A stretch of 46,255 bases of DNA from Proteromonas lacertae (lineage: Eukaryota). The translations under genes and the position numbers were made by a program. The stretch lies in NCBI GenBank assembly GCA_002245135.1, contig NGBS01000306.1, forward strand, positions 62,001 through 108,255, read 5' to 3'. Positions 10,635 through 24,329 of this stretch are shown here, piece after piece. The notes beneath the pieces are model-generated. The model was not told the origin of the DNA and made no database searches. It was given only the letters and a program-made list of their open reading frames with translations. Positions within the stretch are counted from its first letter, which is position 1, and the number at the start of each line of letters is the position of its first letter.

Positions 10635-13600
10635 TATTGATGATGAATTATTATCTTTTTCTTTATCTTTTTTTGTCTTTGTTTTAGATGTTTTAGATAA
10701 TTTTGATGTTTTTGATCCTTTCTTTGGTGTTGATTGTGTTGTTGTTACTGGCTCAGATTGACTTGGAGTTGGTGTTTCAATTGTGTTTGATTGAATATTA
10801 CCTTCTGGTTGAGATTCAACTTGACTTGCTGATGGTGTATCTGTTGATATTTCTGTTTGTGTATTTGATTGACTTGACTCAACTTGACGTGAAGTAATTT
10901 CAGCTTGACTTGGAGTTGTTCCTTCTTCTGCTTGACTTGTCTCAGCTTGACTATTTGATTGACTTTGTGTTATTTCAATTTGACTATTATTTGCTGTTTC
11001 TGGTTGAGTTGTTGAGGGTGTTTCTGTTGTTTCCACTTGACTAGGTGTTGGAGTTAATTTCTTTCTATCAGGTGTTGAATTTGTAGTATTTTTAGGGTGA
11101 GAATCTTTTGATTTGCTTATTGAATTTGATGTAGTTATTCGATTAACTACTAAATATCGACAATATCTTTCCATCTCTAAGAATTTCAAATAAATTGAAG
11201 TCATTGGTTTATAATAGAATTTACCTTGACTGTATAAGAAATGATAAGGTCCATAAGGATCACTTAATAAATGATAACCTAAATCACAGGATGTATAATG
11301 ATTTACACTCTTTATTTCAGGATTTACTGCTTTTATTGCTTTATTCACTACATTTGATAATACTTCTCCACATATTACTTTCACAAATTCATCATTATCA
11401 ACTGTAAATTGATTTATATCTAATTTTAATGGATCTCCTTTATTATATGGATGATTTTCAGGTAAACTATAACTCTCTAATGTATTTAATACACTTCGGA
11501 ATTCATTCTTTGACCATAATGTACTTCGATTTGCTGCATCAAATTTATTATTCTTACCTGATGAAGATGCTGAGGAATATCCACCATTTAATCTCACACC
11601 ATTCTTTTTACCAATTATTACACCATCTGAATTTACATTATTACGTTGATAGGCTTGTAACAATCGAATTAATCTTCTGGCTAATAATGTGAATTTTGGC
11701 CATTCAGGATGTGCTAATAAAATTGCATTTTTAGTCAAACTGGTCGATGTTGTTGTTGTTGCTGCTGTTGTTGTTGTGTTTGATGATGTATCTTCTGTTT
11801 CCATTTCTGTTGATTCTTCTACTTCTTCTTTTACTTTTATTTTTTCTTCTTTAACATCATCAACTTTCTCATCTTTTACTTTATTTTCATCATTTTCATC
11901 TTCTTCGTCATCTTCTTTAGTTTTCTCATCACATACGAACAATGGAAAATGTTTAAAATGAAGTTCAGGATCTTTCATTATCTCCAATACACAGTTCCAA
12001 CCATATTTACAGCAACCAACAAATAAACTATAATCATCATCTTTCTTCCACCAATTATAAGGAACATTAATATTACCTTTTAATGGGATTATTTTATGTC
12101 TGTTCTCTGGTTTATATAATTCTAATTCATCTGCTATTACTCTAATATCATGTAATGTTGATAATACTAACATATCTTTATTATATAAAGTAAACCATCT
12201 TTTCCATATTACTAAATCTTTTAATAATACATGTGGAGTATGATTAGATAAATCTATTGGTTCATAACTGGAGAAATATTTCTTAAATTTTGGAGAACTT
12301 TTTGATTTTCCTTTCTTATCTTCCTCATTATTATTTTCATTATCATTATTATTTCTTACAATATCAGGATGAATATATTCTAAAACAGGAAATTCAGATC
12401 TTCTTTCAATGACAGCAGCTAAAGCTTCTCTTCTAGCAACAGAACCACTACCAATACCAGATTTAATATATTGTTCAATATCTGGAGCTGGAGTTGTTTT
12501 AACAATATTATATACTCTTACCCATTGAGCTATTATATGAACACAAAGTTCAGTGACTTCTTGAACAGTATGTCTTCTATAAATACTACCAAGACTTTGT
12601 ATTTCACTCCATTTACCAAAACCATACTGTTGTAAACCAGATATTACTTTATCTCTATCAGATTTAGACCATCTTAAACTACCATAACTCTCTTGTAAAT
12701 CATCTCTATCATATCGATAATCACCATTACCATTCTCACCATTCTCATCATCTATTAAACCAGTAAGAGTTAATCCCATACTATTACGAGTAGTTCTTCG
12801 ATTATTATCTCTTCTATCATCCAATAACAATACTTCTGGTGGAAATGAATCTTCAATTCCTGTATATTTCCTCCAAAAATCAGGATCATCAATATCTATT
12901 TCATCTGATAGTGTATTTGACACAAATGATGCTTTACTGAATAATGATTCACTATCTTTACCTAATTGAACAGTTTGCGTTCTATTCTTTAAGATATCTT
13001 CAATATCTGCTTCCATAAAGGATTTACTTTCTTTTTCACTAATTCCTTCTTTTTCTTCTTGGAATATATGATAAGCACCATATTTTAATAAGTTTTCCAT
13101 ATCTTTCTTTGATAACATTAAATCTTTACTTTTACCTTCTTCTATATTATGTAATACTGCTTTATCTAAACCTAATTTCAAACTAGCTCTATTGAACATT
13201 TCTTGTTCATATGTCTTTCGTGTAATAAATCGATAAATCTTTACACTTTTCGTTTGACCAATTCTATGACATCGAGCTTGAGCTTGAATATCATTTTGAG
13301 GATTCCAATCACTATCAAACTCAATTACAGTATCAGCAGCAGTCAAATTAATACCAATACCACCTGCCTTTGTACTAATTAAGAATATAAACACATCAGA
13401 ATCTTTCCTACTGAATCTATCAATCGCATTCTGTCTTGTCATTGTATTTGAAGTACCATCAAATCTTTCATATTTATATCCTTTATATATTAAATAATCT
13501 TGAATTATATCCAACATTCTAACCATTTGACTGAATAATAATACTCTATGACCTTGCTCCTTTAATAATAATAATAATTTCTCTAATAATACCATTTTAC

Positions 13601-15794
13601 CACTTGTTTTGATTAACATATCCATTGATTTATCATAGAAATTCTCATCTTTTTCACTGATACTTTCTTCAGATAATATCTTTTCTTCTATTCCATTGAT
13701 CAAATATGGATGATTGCATAACTTACGTAATTGCAACATCACATTCATTAATGATGGAACAGCATTTTTAGCCATTCCTTGATACAAATAATGAGCATTC
13801 TTTTCATAGATTGCACGGTAATATCTCTTTTGAATTGTGGTTAATTCAACTTCAATAATTGTCTCTTGTTTTGGTTTTAATTTCGTTTCAACATCTCCTT
13901 TCATTCTTCTTAGGAAATAGCCTTTTAATACTGTATGTAATTGATTTACTTGTGACGCATCTTTAAGATTACCAAATTGCTCTTGGAATGTCTCTAAATC
14001 ATCGAATTTATCAGGATCTATGATATTTAATAAACTAAATAATTCAGTTGTATCATTTTGAATAGGTGTACCAGTTAATAAAACAGTATTACTTGCTTCA
14101 AAGGAGACAATAGTTGATCTAGTTTTATTATTCATTGATTTTAACTTATGAGCTTCATCTACTATCATTACTGACCATTTTATTTGTTGAAATACAGTTT
14201 CACATACTTTACATATTTCAGGTGTTGTTAAACAAATATCAAACAATGGTTTGCCTTGAGGATCAAGCCATTCATATTGATGAATCATTCCTCTTGATAG
14301 TGTATCACCATGATAAGTAACACTATAAAAATCACTCCATTCTTCTATTTCTCTTTTCCAATTAGGTAATGTTGATAATGGAACAATAATCAAATATGGT
14401 GGAGGTATTTTGAATAATGTATATAGATTCTGTATATAACAAATACTTTGAATGGTTTTACCTAAACCCATTTCATCTGCTAAAATACTATTTCTATTAA
14501 CTATCCAATTCCATACTAGCCACTTTACACCTTCATATTGATAGTTTCTTAATTCATTTCCATTCTTATATTTATCTAATATCTTTGTTTTTGCAATAAC
14601 ATCAGCATGTGGTCTCCATTCAGAAAGATGAAATTTTATCTTTGATTTATTCTTTCTATTATGATAAACTTCAATTGGATGTTCATAGTTATCACATTTT
14701 TTTAAATCATCTAAATACTCCCATGTTGATTCTTTGTAAGCTAAAGATTCCCATTTAACCAAATATTGATCTAAAGTCGGTGGATTGTTTATATCATCGT
14801 TTATTGTGGGAGTTGTTAATGTTGATGATGATGATGATGATGGTGTTGTTGTTTCATCTTCTTCATTCTCTTCTTGCTCTTCTTCTTCTATTTCCATATT
14901 ATCTTTTGTTGATTTCTTACTCTTTGATTGTCTTCTTTTCTTATTTCCTAAATCTAATTCTATTCTTTCATTATCTTCATCATCACTATCATCATTATCT
15001 TCTTCTTCTTCCATTTTGTTATTTTTCTTCTTGTTACTACTATCACTTTCATCAGATTCATTCAATTTCTGTCTTTTTGATGGTCTGCCTCTCTTCTTAG
15101 GAGTAGAATTTGTTGATGATGTTGGTGATGATAAAGACTTTGGAGATTTCTTTGTTTTTCGTCTTGCCCGTTTCTTTGGCTTAGGAGGTATATAATTCTC
15201 ATTGTCGATGGTTCTCATATCTAAAATTCTATCAATTTCTAAATACTCAGATTGATGGTAAGGAAAATCTTCGTGTTGGAACTGGTATTCTAATTCATGC
15301 TTATGGTAACGGTTAATTTTTTGCTTCATATTATTACCTTCAAGATCTTCTAACTTATTCTGTAACTCCCAAGAACAATGAAGATAACTCAAATCGGCCC
15401 ACTTGATGAATAACATTGTCACTTCAGTGTCATCTGCTGTGTCCATGTCCCAGCCAAATCTTGAGCCATTGTGAATGAAATGAGTGTTGATATTACTATA
15501 TTTTTGTTTAAACTCTCCGAATTTCATGGTGGCTCGCCTTAAAATAATACCAACTTTCGGACAGGATCCATCATTTACTTGAAGTTTGGGTGTAGTGTTC
15601 GATCTATAAGTATCTACATCAGAATCGTTGCTCATATCATATTCGCTATAGTTTTTTGATGTTGACTTCGCTGTTGACAATGGAGTGGAAGAAAATGTGA
15701 TGTTAAGCGGTTCATCATCGGAGGATTGGTTTTCACCTGGGAACTCGAGGTCATCTACTAACTCGTCTTCAAAATCGCTAGAATCAGAGGACAT
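9321..15794 (-). CDS. CHD-family SNF2 chromatin remodeller (double chromodomain, ATPase/helicase, SANT-like, C-terminal FYRN/FYRC)
   Basis: Chromodomains (FIKWADLSYLHCSWE; YLVKWESLAYKESTWE), LADEMGLGKT, VDEAH, LLTGTPIQN, QAQARCHRIGQ, FYRN IWPVGFISER and FYRC SGPETFGF. Uninterrupted 2157-aa ORF. Confidence 0.95.
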
Positions 15795-16067
15795 TTTCTT
15801 TTAGAAGTTTGTAATTTTTGCAAAGATGATGATGATACAAGCTATTCTCAAAACTGCATCAGAAATTTCTGTCTTTTCATAGTCAAAAGATGAAGTAAGG
15901 CATTTCGTTGTAGTAATATTACTATTTCACATATTTTCATAGATTCAAGCATATGCATACCTTTTTTTACAATAATATTACAATTTCAATAAATTACTTA
16001 GAAAACAAGTATAAAAACACAACAATAGTGATAATAAATCAAGATATAATATATAAAACTCATAAAT

Positions 16068-18825
16068 TTAATGAGTTCTATGTTTTACTAAAATAAATTG
16101 AGATTCAGAAGAAACAGTCACAAAGAATGGTCCTAATTTATTCGGTTCAAAAGTAGCAGGCATAATATAATACGCTTCATTCTCAGAATTAGCTTCCAAC
16201 ATAAAACTATAAGGAGTTGAAACTTCATCCATTGGAACAAAGTCAGTTTGATCCCAAACTCTTCCTTCATAATGAATTGGAGTTGTATTAGTTCCTTTTT
16301 CAAAATCTTTATCTGTAGAAACGTAGAAACCAATCATACAACCTACACTATCTTTAGCTATCTCTTTAGTCCAAGCTTTGTGTGGCCTTCTTAACGTTAT
16401 TGTAACTTGAGCTGTATTGAATAAGGTTAATTTGAACTTTGGATTTTCTTGGTTATATTTGGGATGTAAATGCGAACCTCCAGCTTGATGTTCAACCCAA
16501 GCACCAGCTAATGTTTGGTTGTACTTTGGTGATAATTCTGCAATATCCATTGGAGTATCACTGTGGATTAATATACGATATTTACCTTCATAACCTGGTA
16601 ATGATAAAGATGGAATAACAATTATTCCTTTTTTGATTATATCATTTGGTAATTTCTTTAATAACATTGAACCTAGTTTGGATTGAGCGTAGGATGTATT
16701 CTGTATGTATTTACAGTCAGTTGATGCATATACTCTTCTTTTACCTAATTCATAAACAGACATATGAGTTATATCATCATTCTATATAAATAAAAGAAAT
16801 AATAATAATAATAAATATACTCCAACATTACTCAATGTAGGTGAATTTAAATCAACAACTCTTTTCACAGATCTATCTTCATAAGTACAAGGAACAATGG
16901 TTAAACCAATCTTTTGTTCGTTTTTACTTTCTTTTCTTGCTACAGCTTCACTATTCTGAATCATAGCTAATAATGTTGGTTTTGATCCTTCTGGGAATGT
17001 TATAATAAATTGAGGATTTTGACACCATTTAGGATTATAGATTAATGTATTTCCTTTGTGTGGAATAACAGTAGCTCCACCAGCACTATCAATTTCTCCA
17101 TTTCTATGTCGCCATTTACCTGATACAGATACAGAATAAGTAGCTATAATAATAATATTAATAATAAATAATGATAATATATATATATATATATATATAT
17201 ACTTTCTAATGGTTTAATATCAACTTCTTCTCTACTAAACACTCGTAATGTAAATGATATTTCTACACCTGGTTTATCAGTACATACAATAATATTATAT
17301 GATTTAGTTGGTAAAATCTTTACTGAACTAACTGATACTTCTCTACTGGGAGCATTATATTGTAAAGAATCAGTCGAACTTTGAGCAACAATCTTAGATT
17401 CATTTAACTTCCACAATCTATTGAATTTTCGTTTCTTTCTTTCTACTACGATGATATATATTTGATGAGGTTGAGATTCTTTATGAAGATGATGATCGAA
17501 TTGTACTAGTGATATAATACAGTCTGCTGGTTGCGAACAGGTCAATATATATTGAGGATTATTACACCATTGTGGATCTATATCTTCATTCGTATGTTTC
17601 ATTCCTTTGTACAAATAATCTTCACCTGGTGGATCAAATGTATTGAATTTTCCACTAGCCGTTTTCTCTTTCCATTCACTATGAACCAACAATCTATAAA
17701 TATAAATATAAATAAAAATAGGTAAATAAATAAATATATTAATAATAAATATATACTGTGTAAAATCTGAATCAAATATTCTAGTAACAAATAATACATT
17801 AAAAGCCCTCAATAAATCTTGATAAACCATCCAAAAGTAACCATCATTTGAAGCTCTATCAACTGTTCTTCCATTCTGTATTAATATTTGTGATATTTCA
17901 GGGAATGAATCCCATTTATCACTTTGTTTACTCCAGTCTCCATTCCATTCGTGTAAGAACCAAGTATTATATAATTGTACCATCTTTAAACCACCTACTT
18001 CTTGTACATATGTTATTACATAAGGATAATTGTGGGTAATACCTGAAGTTTGTACAGGTTCTTCACTTTCAGTTTCTTCATTGCATATACATGCTAACAT
18101 ATATCCCCATTTGTTATAACGGATTAAACGACTCCATAATTCACCTTCTGCAATCATTGATTCTATTGCTGGGGCATGAACTGAAATCTATTTTAAAATA
18201 ATAATAATAATAATTATTATTATTATATGAAATACTTTATGGGAGATTCCACCAGTTAAATCAGCATAATATTCCTCTAATGTACATTTTTTAGTGTATT
18301 CAAAACTACCATATAATTTGGCAAATATCTTGACAAAGAGAGGAACGAAAAACTCATCTGGATCATTTGTTCTACCAAATGCTGGGATTATTTTTTCGTT
18401 GTTTCGATAAGTTGGGATTTTGGTATCAACAGTAATATGAATCCATTCACCATTTTTAAATAATTGCACTGTGAACATACCTCTGTCTAACCAATCTGTT
18501 TCATTATCCTGAATGATAAGATTTTCGATAATATTTCTACTGTCTAGCATTACACCTTGTAAAGCAGCAAGTAATGGGGTGTTATCTATCAAACCCTAAA
18601 TACAAAATATATAAAAAATGTTACTTTGATCATTTGTCTTGGTGCACCTTTTTCTGAAAACAATACAGGATCAGATGCAATTTCTTGAGGTCTTCTCCAC
18701 TCCATTCTTATTGGCATTCCGTCCTGAGTCAACTCTTCTGGTACTATATCCTTATTAATGTAAACAGATTCATTAAGAGCACCAAATTGCTCATCTATAT
18801 AGAAATCTTCATCATCAAAATCCAT
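16068..18825 (-). CDS. Calpain-like protein (CysPc domain plus three calpain-III/C2L domains), predicted catalytically inactive; 6 exons
   Basis: GT..AG introns at 18596-18624, 18188-18235, 17694-17756, 17144-17202 and 16782-16820 join the ORFs in frame. Motifs WRRPQEI, ITVDTKIP, KLYGSF, DLTGG, EWNGDWS, DGYFWM, plus three NPQY/NPQF/NPKF domain-III motifs. Confidence 0.88.
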
Positions 18826-19051
18826 TTTAATTCAAAAAACGTCTTTTTCTAATTTTGAAACGTATTAATTTCAATTATTGTTCCATTTTTTAATTTTTAT
18901 TATTTCTTATTATTTACTGAGATTCAGTATATATTAAATTTATAATATTGGTATATTTTGTATTTAATATTATTAGTAATATAGTAGTTAGTGTTTTTAT
19001 CTTTATTTCTATAATTGTCTATTTTTAATCAATATTTATATCCAAAATACA

Positions 19052-20230
19052 ATGCGTTGCACGTCAATATTATGTTGTATTATACTAGCATTGTCAGCAT
19101 ACATCGTTGTCTCAATCAAGTATTTAAGCATAATAACAGTCTTACATAAAGAAGTTCCTCCATTTGATCCTCTAGATCCAAAAATAAACGATGATAAACT
19201 AGATAATCACCCTAATTTAAGAGTTTCAGCTGCTATACAACCAACTACATCAGTATCTGTAGTAAAAAATATAATTCATATGCCAACATTAAAGCCCGGT
19301 AAAGTTATGGAAGCATTACCGACAAATTTCAGAGATATGGTAGCTGATCTAGGTTTACCCAAAAAATTTCCACAATCCTTAGTGACTCCAGATCCTTTAT
19401 CATTTATATTAGTTTGCTCAGTTTTCCCTTGTAACAAACTAACAATAAAACATACAAAAACGGCTATAATCATCAGAGCAAAATATCCAACAAAATCGCA
19501 GATATTGCGGTATGCTGATTGGTTTTCTACTGTTCAAGATGACTACGATTTCTATATCATGTTGGATGAGCCACTAGTGAGGCAATATACCGATATTCCT
19601 AATTTTATTTATATAAATTATACTATGGTTATGAATACATACCCAGAAATAGTGAATTTGAGAAAGAGAGGTAATTGTAAGCATAGAAAATTCCCGGATT
19701 ATTTTTTCTATATGTGGGTATCACATACCGAATCAATATTAATATGGTACAATCAGTTGCAGTATAAGTATGATTATTTGTGGATATTAGAACAGGACCT
19801 TGGATATAGTGGTAAAATAGGCGATTTCCTTAGAATATTTGATGATCAATCATATGATCTTATTGCTGATAAAGTATTGTGTTCACCAAAGAAATATGCT
19901 CATCAATTCTGTAGAACTGAAAAATATGGTGAATTTCGTGCTAAACACAATGTAAATAATAGTCTATGTTATTCAGATGAATTTATTCAAAGATGGTCAA
20001 AGAAACTGATTGATATTTTGAATGATCAAACAAGGAATGGCTTACATGCTATTTCTGAAACAAGTGTTGCTGAAGCAGCTATATACAATAAATTATCATA
20101 CACAACAATACCGTTAGAATATCATGGGATTTATTTTAGATGGAGTAGAAAAATAGGTCCAATAACGTGGGAGAGAATCAACAATAATCAGACTATGTTG
20201 AATAAACTATATCATGCACTTAAGTTTTGA
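19052..20230 (+). CDS. Type II membrane protein, glycosyltransferase-like (DUF3405-like motif)
   Basis: 392-aa intact ORF with an N-terminal hydrophobic anchor, a YDYLWILEQDLGYSG (ExD) motif and a C-terminal LYHALKF. Confidence 0.6.
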   Translation: MRCTSILCCIILALSAYIVVSIKYLSIITVLHKEVPPFDPLDPKINDDKLDNHPNLRVSAAIQPTTSVSVVKNIIHMPTLKPGKVMEALPTNFRDMVADLGLPKKFPQSLVTPDPLSFILVCSVFPCNKLTIKHTKTAIIIRAKYPTKSQILRYADWFSTVQDDYDFYIMLDEPLVRQYTDIPNFIYINYTMVMNTYPEIVNLRKRGNCKHRKFPDYFFYMWVSHTESILIWYNQLQYKYDYLWILEQDLGYSGKIGDFLRIFDDQSYDLIADKVLCSPKKYAHQFCRTEKYGEFRAKHNVNNSLCYSDEFIQRWSKKLIDILNDQTRNGLHAISETSVAEAAIYNKLSYTTIPLEYHGIYFRWSRKIGPITWERINNNQTMLNKLYHALKF

Positions 20231-20267
20231 TTTTAATATAAAACAAAAAATTAAAAGAATTTATAAA

Positions 20268-20768
20268 TTATGTATGTATATCAGTTGTTGTTGTTGTTGT
20301 TGTTGTTGTTACTATTTTATCATTTATTTCACTAGTACTATTATCCTCTTTCTTAACTTTTTTATCATAATTTGAACGACTTGGAGGAGCTATAAACTTT
20401 CCTACTGATCTGTAAATAAATATTTTAAAACTATCACAATCATAACACTTTCCAAAGTTATTTTTATCTTTACAAATTTTATAATGATAATATAATCTTC
20501 GAATTGCTGTGCACCATGGATAATGACAATTCACATCACGACAATGCCTCGCATGTTGAAGTTGTTGTAATGCATATTCAGTCGCTACTTCTCTAGCAGA
20601 AATCCTGCAATCACGACTCACCTTTGGTATATACCTTCTTTTCGGTAGTTGAAACTTCTTACCACCGTATCCTGGAGTATAATTCTTAAATGCATGTGAA
20701 GATAAAAAATCATAAATTGATATCTCAACATTTATGTTTTCATCATTTGCTGATATAGAATTTGTCAT
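20268..20768 (-). CDS. Small TAZ zinc-finger-like protein, paralog 1
   Basis: LQHARHCRDVNCHYPWC...YHYKICKDKNNFGKCYDC matches the first two HCCC sites of CBP/p300-type TAZ fingers. Confidence 0.75.
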   Translation of the reverse strand: MTNSISANDENINVEISIYDFLSSHAFKNYTPGYGGKKFQLPKRRYIPKVSRDCRISAREVATEYALQQLQHARHCRDVNCHYPWCTAIRRLYYHYKICKDKNNFGKCYDCDSFKIFIYRSVGKFIAPPSRSNYDKKVKKEDNSTSEINDKIVTTTTTTTTTDIHT

Positions 20769-21093
20769 TTTTATTGCAATTATATAATGGATATGTTGAA
20801 TTATTAATCGTAAGTTTCAAAATTATACTGGAAATTGTTGTGTATTTTTTTCAAAATAACAGAATTCGGGTGTTCTATTATTTTATCTTTCTTATTCACA
20901 ACTAATATATACTATTAAACTGTTAACTCGGAGCTAATACATTGTATTACATTTTATATTATCTTATGGTTGATTATTCATCACATACAACAAATCAACA
21001 TTGAAATTGTCAATACTTATTTTTTGTTAAATAACTCTTTAACATTTTGATTTTTATATATTTAACTCACTACCCCAAAATAAAACATATAAA

Positions 21094-21636
21094 TTACGTA
21101 TGTACAGTAGTTGTGGCACTTGCATTAGTTGTAGTTCTTGCAGTTCTTCTTTGTGGCACAGATGATATACCACTCCCTCTCAAACGTTCTACACTATTAA
21201 TATTACCTCGATTATTATTATTGGTATTAGTAGTAGTAGTACTATTAGCATGAGGTGGTGGAGCAACAAACTTTCCTTGAGATCTTAAAAATAAAACTCT
21301 TAAACTATCACATTTATAACACTTTACATTATTTTTTCTTTCTTTACATCCCTTCCAATGCTCTAATAACGATTTAACTACAGGACACCATTGATAAGGA
21401 CAATTTTTATCTCGACAATACCTTATATGCCGAACTTGCTGTGACGCAAAGTCTATAGCAGCATCCCTAGCACTAATTCTCATATCACGACTCTTCTTTG
21501 GTACTTTATTTCTTTTTGGAACTTGGAACATTTTACCTCCGCATCCAGGAGCATAATCTTTCAATGAAGTCGTTGAAATTAAATCATCCATGTGTAAATT
21601 GATATTTTGATCATTTGCTGGTATGAATTCTGACAT
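21094..21636 (-). CDS. Small TAZ zinc-finger-like protein, paralog 2 (tandem duplicate)
   Basis: VRHIRYCRDKNCPYQWC...EHWKGCKERKNNVKCYKC. Shares YxPGxGGKxFQxPKR, RISAR and RSxGKFxAPP with paralog 1. Confidence 0.75.
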   Translation of the reverse strand: MSEFIPANDQNINLHMDDLISTTSLKDYAPGCGGKMFQVPKRNKVPKKSRDMRISARDAAIDFASQQVRHIRYCRDKNCPYQWCPVVKSLLEHWKGCKERKNNVKCYKCDSLRVLFLRSQGKFVAPPPHANSTTTTNTNNNNRGNINSVERLRGSGISSVPQRRTARTTTNASATTTVHT

Positions 21637-22119
21637 GTGTATTACAAATATAAAGTATGATTATAAAATAATTTATTGTGTATCTAGAATTTAAACTGGA
21701 AAAAGGTAAGTTAAAAAAAAACACATTACAATTGTTTTATGTAAATATGATTTATGTAAATGTGTTATGATTATTCTCTCAAATAAAATGTGACTATCAT
21801 GAATTATGTAGATTAAATGAGATTAAATGAAATAAAAGAGTGGTTTTGAAGTAGATTTGGTTGTTCTAAATGAGAGAGATTAAATGTGATAAAAATATTG
21901 AATAATATGAATTAAAGAATAGCATATATGAAAATTATGTTTTAATTACTCTTTTCTATAATAACGCTATTAAATTGTCATGCAGCATTATGAAATAGGA
22001 ATACTGACTAATAGATAGAATAATTGTTGTATTTTAACTGTCAGTTAATGAAAATTAATGAATTACTAAATATTTACATTTACATTGTCATAAATTGGTC
22101 ATTAATTTCATTTTTGAAA

Positions 22120-24251
22120 ATGAAAGTATGTGATTCATATATTAATAAAAATGGGTATTTTTGTATTAAATATAATGATAATAGACTTAGCAGACTATTT
22201 GTAAGTCACGGTTATGGAGATTTAAGAGTATTAGTAGGAGGAGAAGAAATAATCAGTTCAAAGGCCGTTTTCATGATATCTAATCCGAAATTAAAAGATC
22301 TAATAGAAAATAGTGAGAATGGTCAATCACTAGGATTATTTGATGATTGTAGTATAGAAGCATTTTTAGAGTTGGAAAAGTATTACGGTGGAGGATATAT
22401 GAATATAAACATAAATAATGTTTGTGACATACTATCAATGTGTATTTATTATAATGAATACAGAATAATTCCAATTTGTTTGAAGTTTATAAAGAATCAT
22501 TTGCATGAAGAGATAGTGTGATGAGATTAATGAAAATAATCAATTTATGTGAAGATGGTAATGAAGAAATAAAAGAAGTAATGAAAGATATAAATGTGAT
22601 AATTAATAATTATATAAAGAAGAATGGATATAAACTATTAACTGAAGAATATATAAATGAACTAGAAGTGAAAGATTTAAGAATGGTTTTAAAAGAAATG
22701 AGATATGTAAAGAATAATGAGAATTGGTTATTTAAGATATTGTTTAAGAGATATGAAAATGATATGAAAAAAGATAAGTTAAACAATGATGAAAGAAGAA
22801 AAATAGAAAATGAATTTGTTGAATTAATGACTACAGTGATAGATGTAGATAAAATCGAATTAAAAACATTGAAGTATAAAGAAATCAATTTTATAAATAA
22901 CAAAATGAGTATGTCAAAATGGATTAGGATGAATAAAAAAGAATCTAATAATCATTTATATCTTGACTTAGAAATAATAAAAGAGAGAAAAATAGAAGAA
23001 ATTGTGTATAAATATTACATAGAAGATAGAATAATTTCATTTGAGGAAAGAGATATTGAAATATTACAAAAATACAAAATAAAAGAAATAGTTAAGATGC
23101 TAGTAAAACATGAAGACATAAAAATGAAAGAGATAGGGATAATGATAATTATTGATAGTAATATGTTGATGGAAGAAGTGATGAATGAAGAAGATATGTC
23201 TAATACTCTATTATTGTTGTCTAGTGAGTATAAATGTAACAAAAATGAAAGAATATATAAATGTTTTTGTTTATTTATTAATGATAAAAATAGTGTATCA
23301 ACTATAAAGTATTTATGTGGAATTGATTTATTATTTCATATTTTAGATCTTTCTACTTTTTTAACTAAAGATTCTAAAGAATTACTAATTGATTATATAA
23401 AGAATGAAATTAAGACAGAAAATGAATATAGAAATATGGTTAAAATAATTAATAATGAAGAAATAATATCACAATTTATTCACAAAGGCTCATATTTTAC
23501 ATATCCATCTTCAGAAATAAAAATCTATGGATATTTCTCAATATCACCAAAACATGATTCATCAATTTGTAAATTTACAATTAATCCATCATTACCATAT
23601 GGAATATTTTTGGATGTAAAAACAGGTACAATAAGTGGTAAAACAGAAAAAAAACTACCTAAAAGAAAATACACAGTTATTTGTGATAGTTTTATAAATA
23701 AGATGGAATTTAAATTATCATTTGTTTATGAAGATATTATTTTTTCTGAAGAATATAGAAATGATGGTGTAATCATCAGTAATAAAGGGAAAATAATAAC
23801 AAATCCTCTCAAAGATCATTTTTTCCTTCATTGTTTTATTAATTTAATAATGGAAGAAGGAATTTATCATATCAAATATAAATTTACTCTAAACAATTCA
23901 TTGTATAATTCACTAATGTTATCTATTGCATCTGTAATAGGTGGTGGGTATTATTCAACTGTTAAAAAAAATGCTTGTCGCTATTGGGCAAAAGGTGGTA
24001 AAAGTCAAGATATTACTTCAAGATGTCATATTGGAAGAGTTGTTAATTCGAATCCAAATTTCAATAATCATGGAGATGGTTCAATTTATGAAGTGATTGT
24101 TGATATGAATAAAAGAGAATTTTGGATAAGACATAATGATTCATCTGCTGTTTTACTTGTTAAAGATTTACCTTCTCCTTTATATCCATGTGCTTTACCT
24201 GCTCCATATGGTTCTTCATTAGAATTACTATCTGTTTCTCATTATAAATAA
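22120..24251 (+). pseudogene. BTB/BACK - He_PIG - SPRY-like family, divergent copy C (one frameshift; may be intact if this is an assembly error)
   Basis: ATG 22120 and a probable 30-nt intron 22155-22184 at the same position as intron 1 of copies A and B. An extra TG at ~22516-22520 (atagtgtgatg) splits the ORF. Clear He_PIG motif FTINPSLPYGIFLDVKTGTISG and a SPRY-like C-terminus. Confidence 0.7.
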
Positions 24252-24329
24252 TTAGTCTTTGCATAAACTATATCAAATTCATTCACTTTATACATAAATA
24301 AATGTTATCTATTAAGAAATACAAATCAA

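Noticed and set aside
9226..15195. Many short plus-strand ORFs
   Set aside because: These are antisense shadows of the low-complexity CHD coding sequence.
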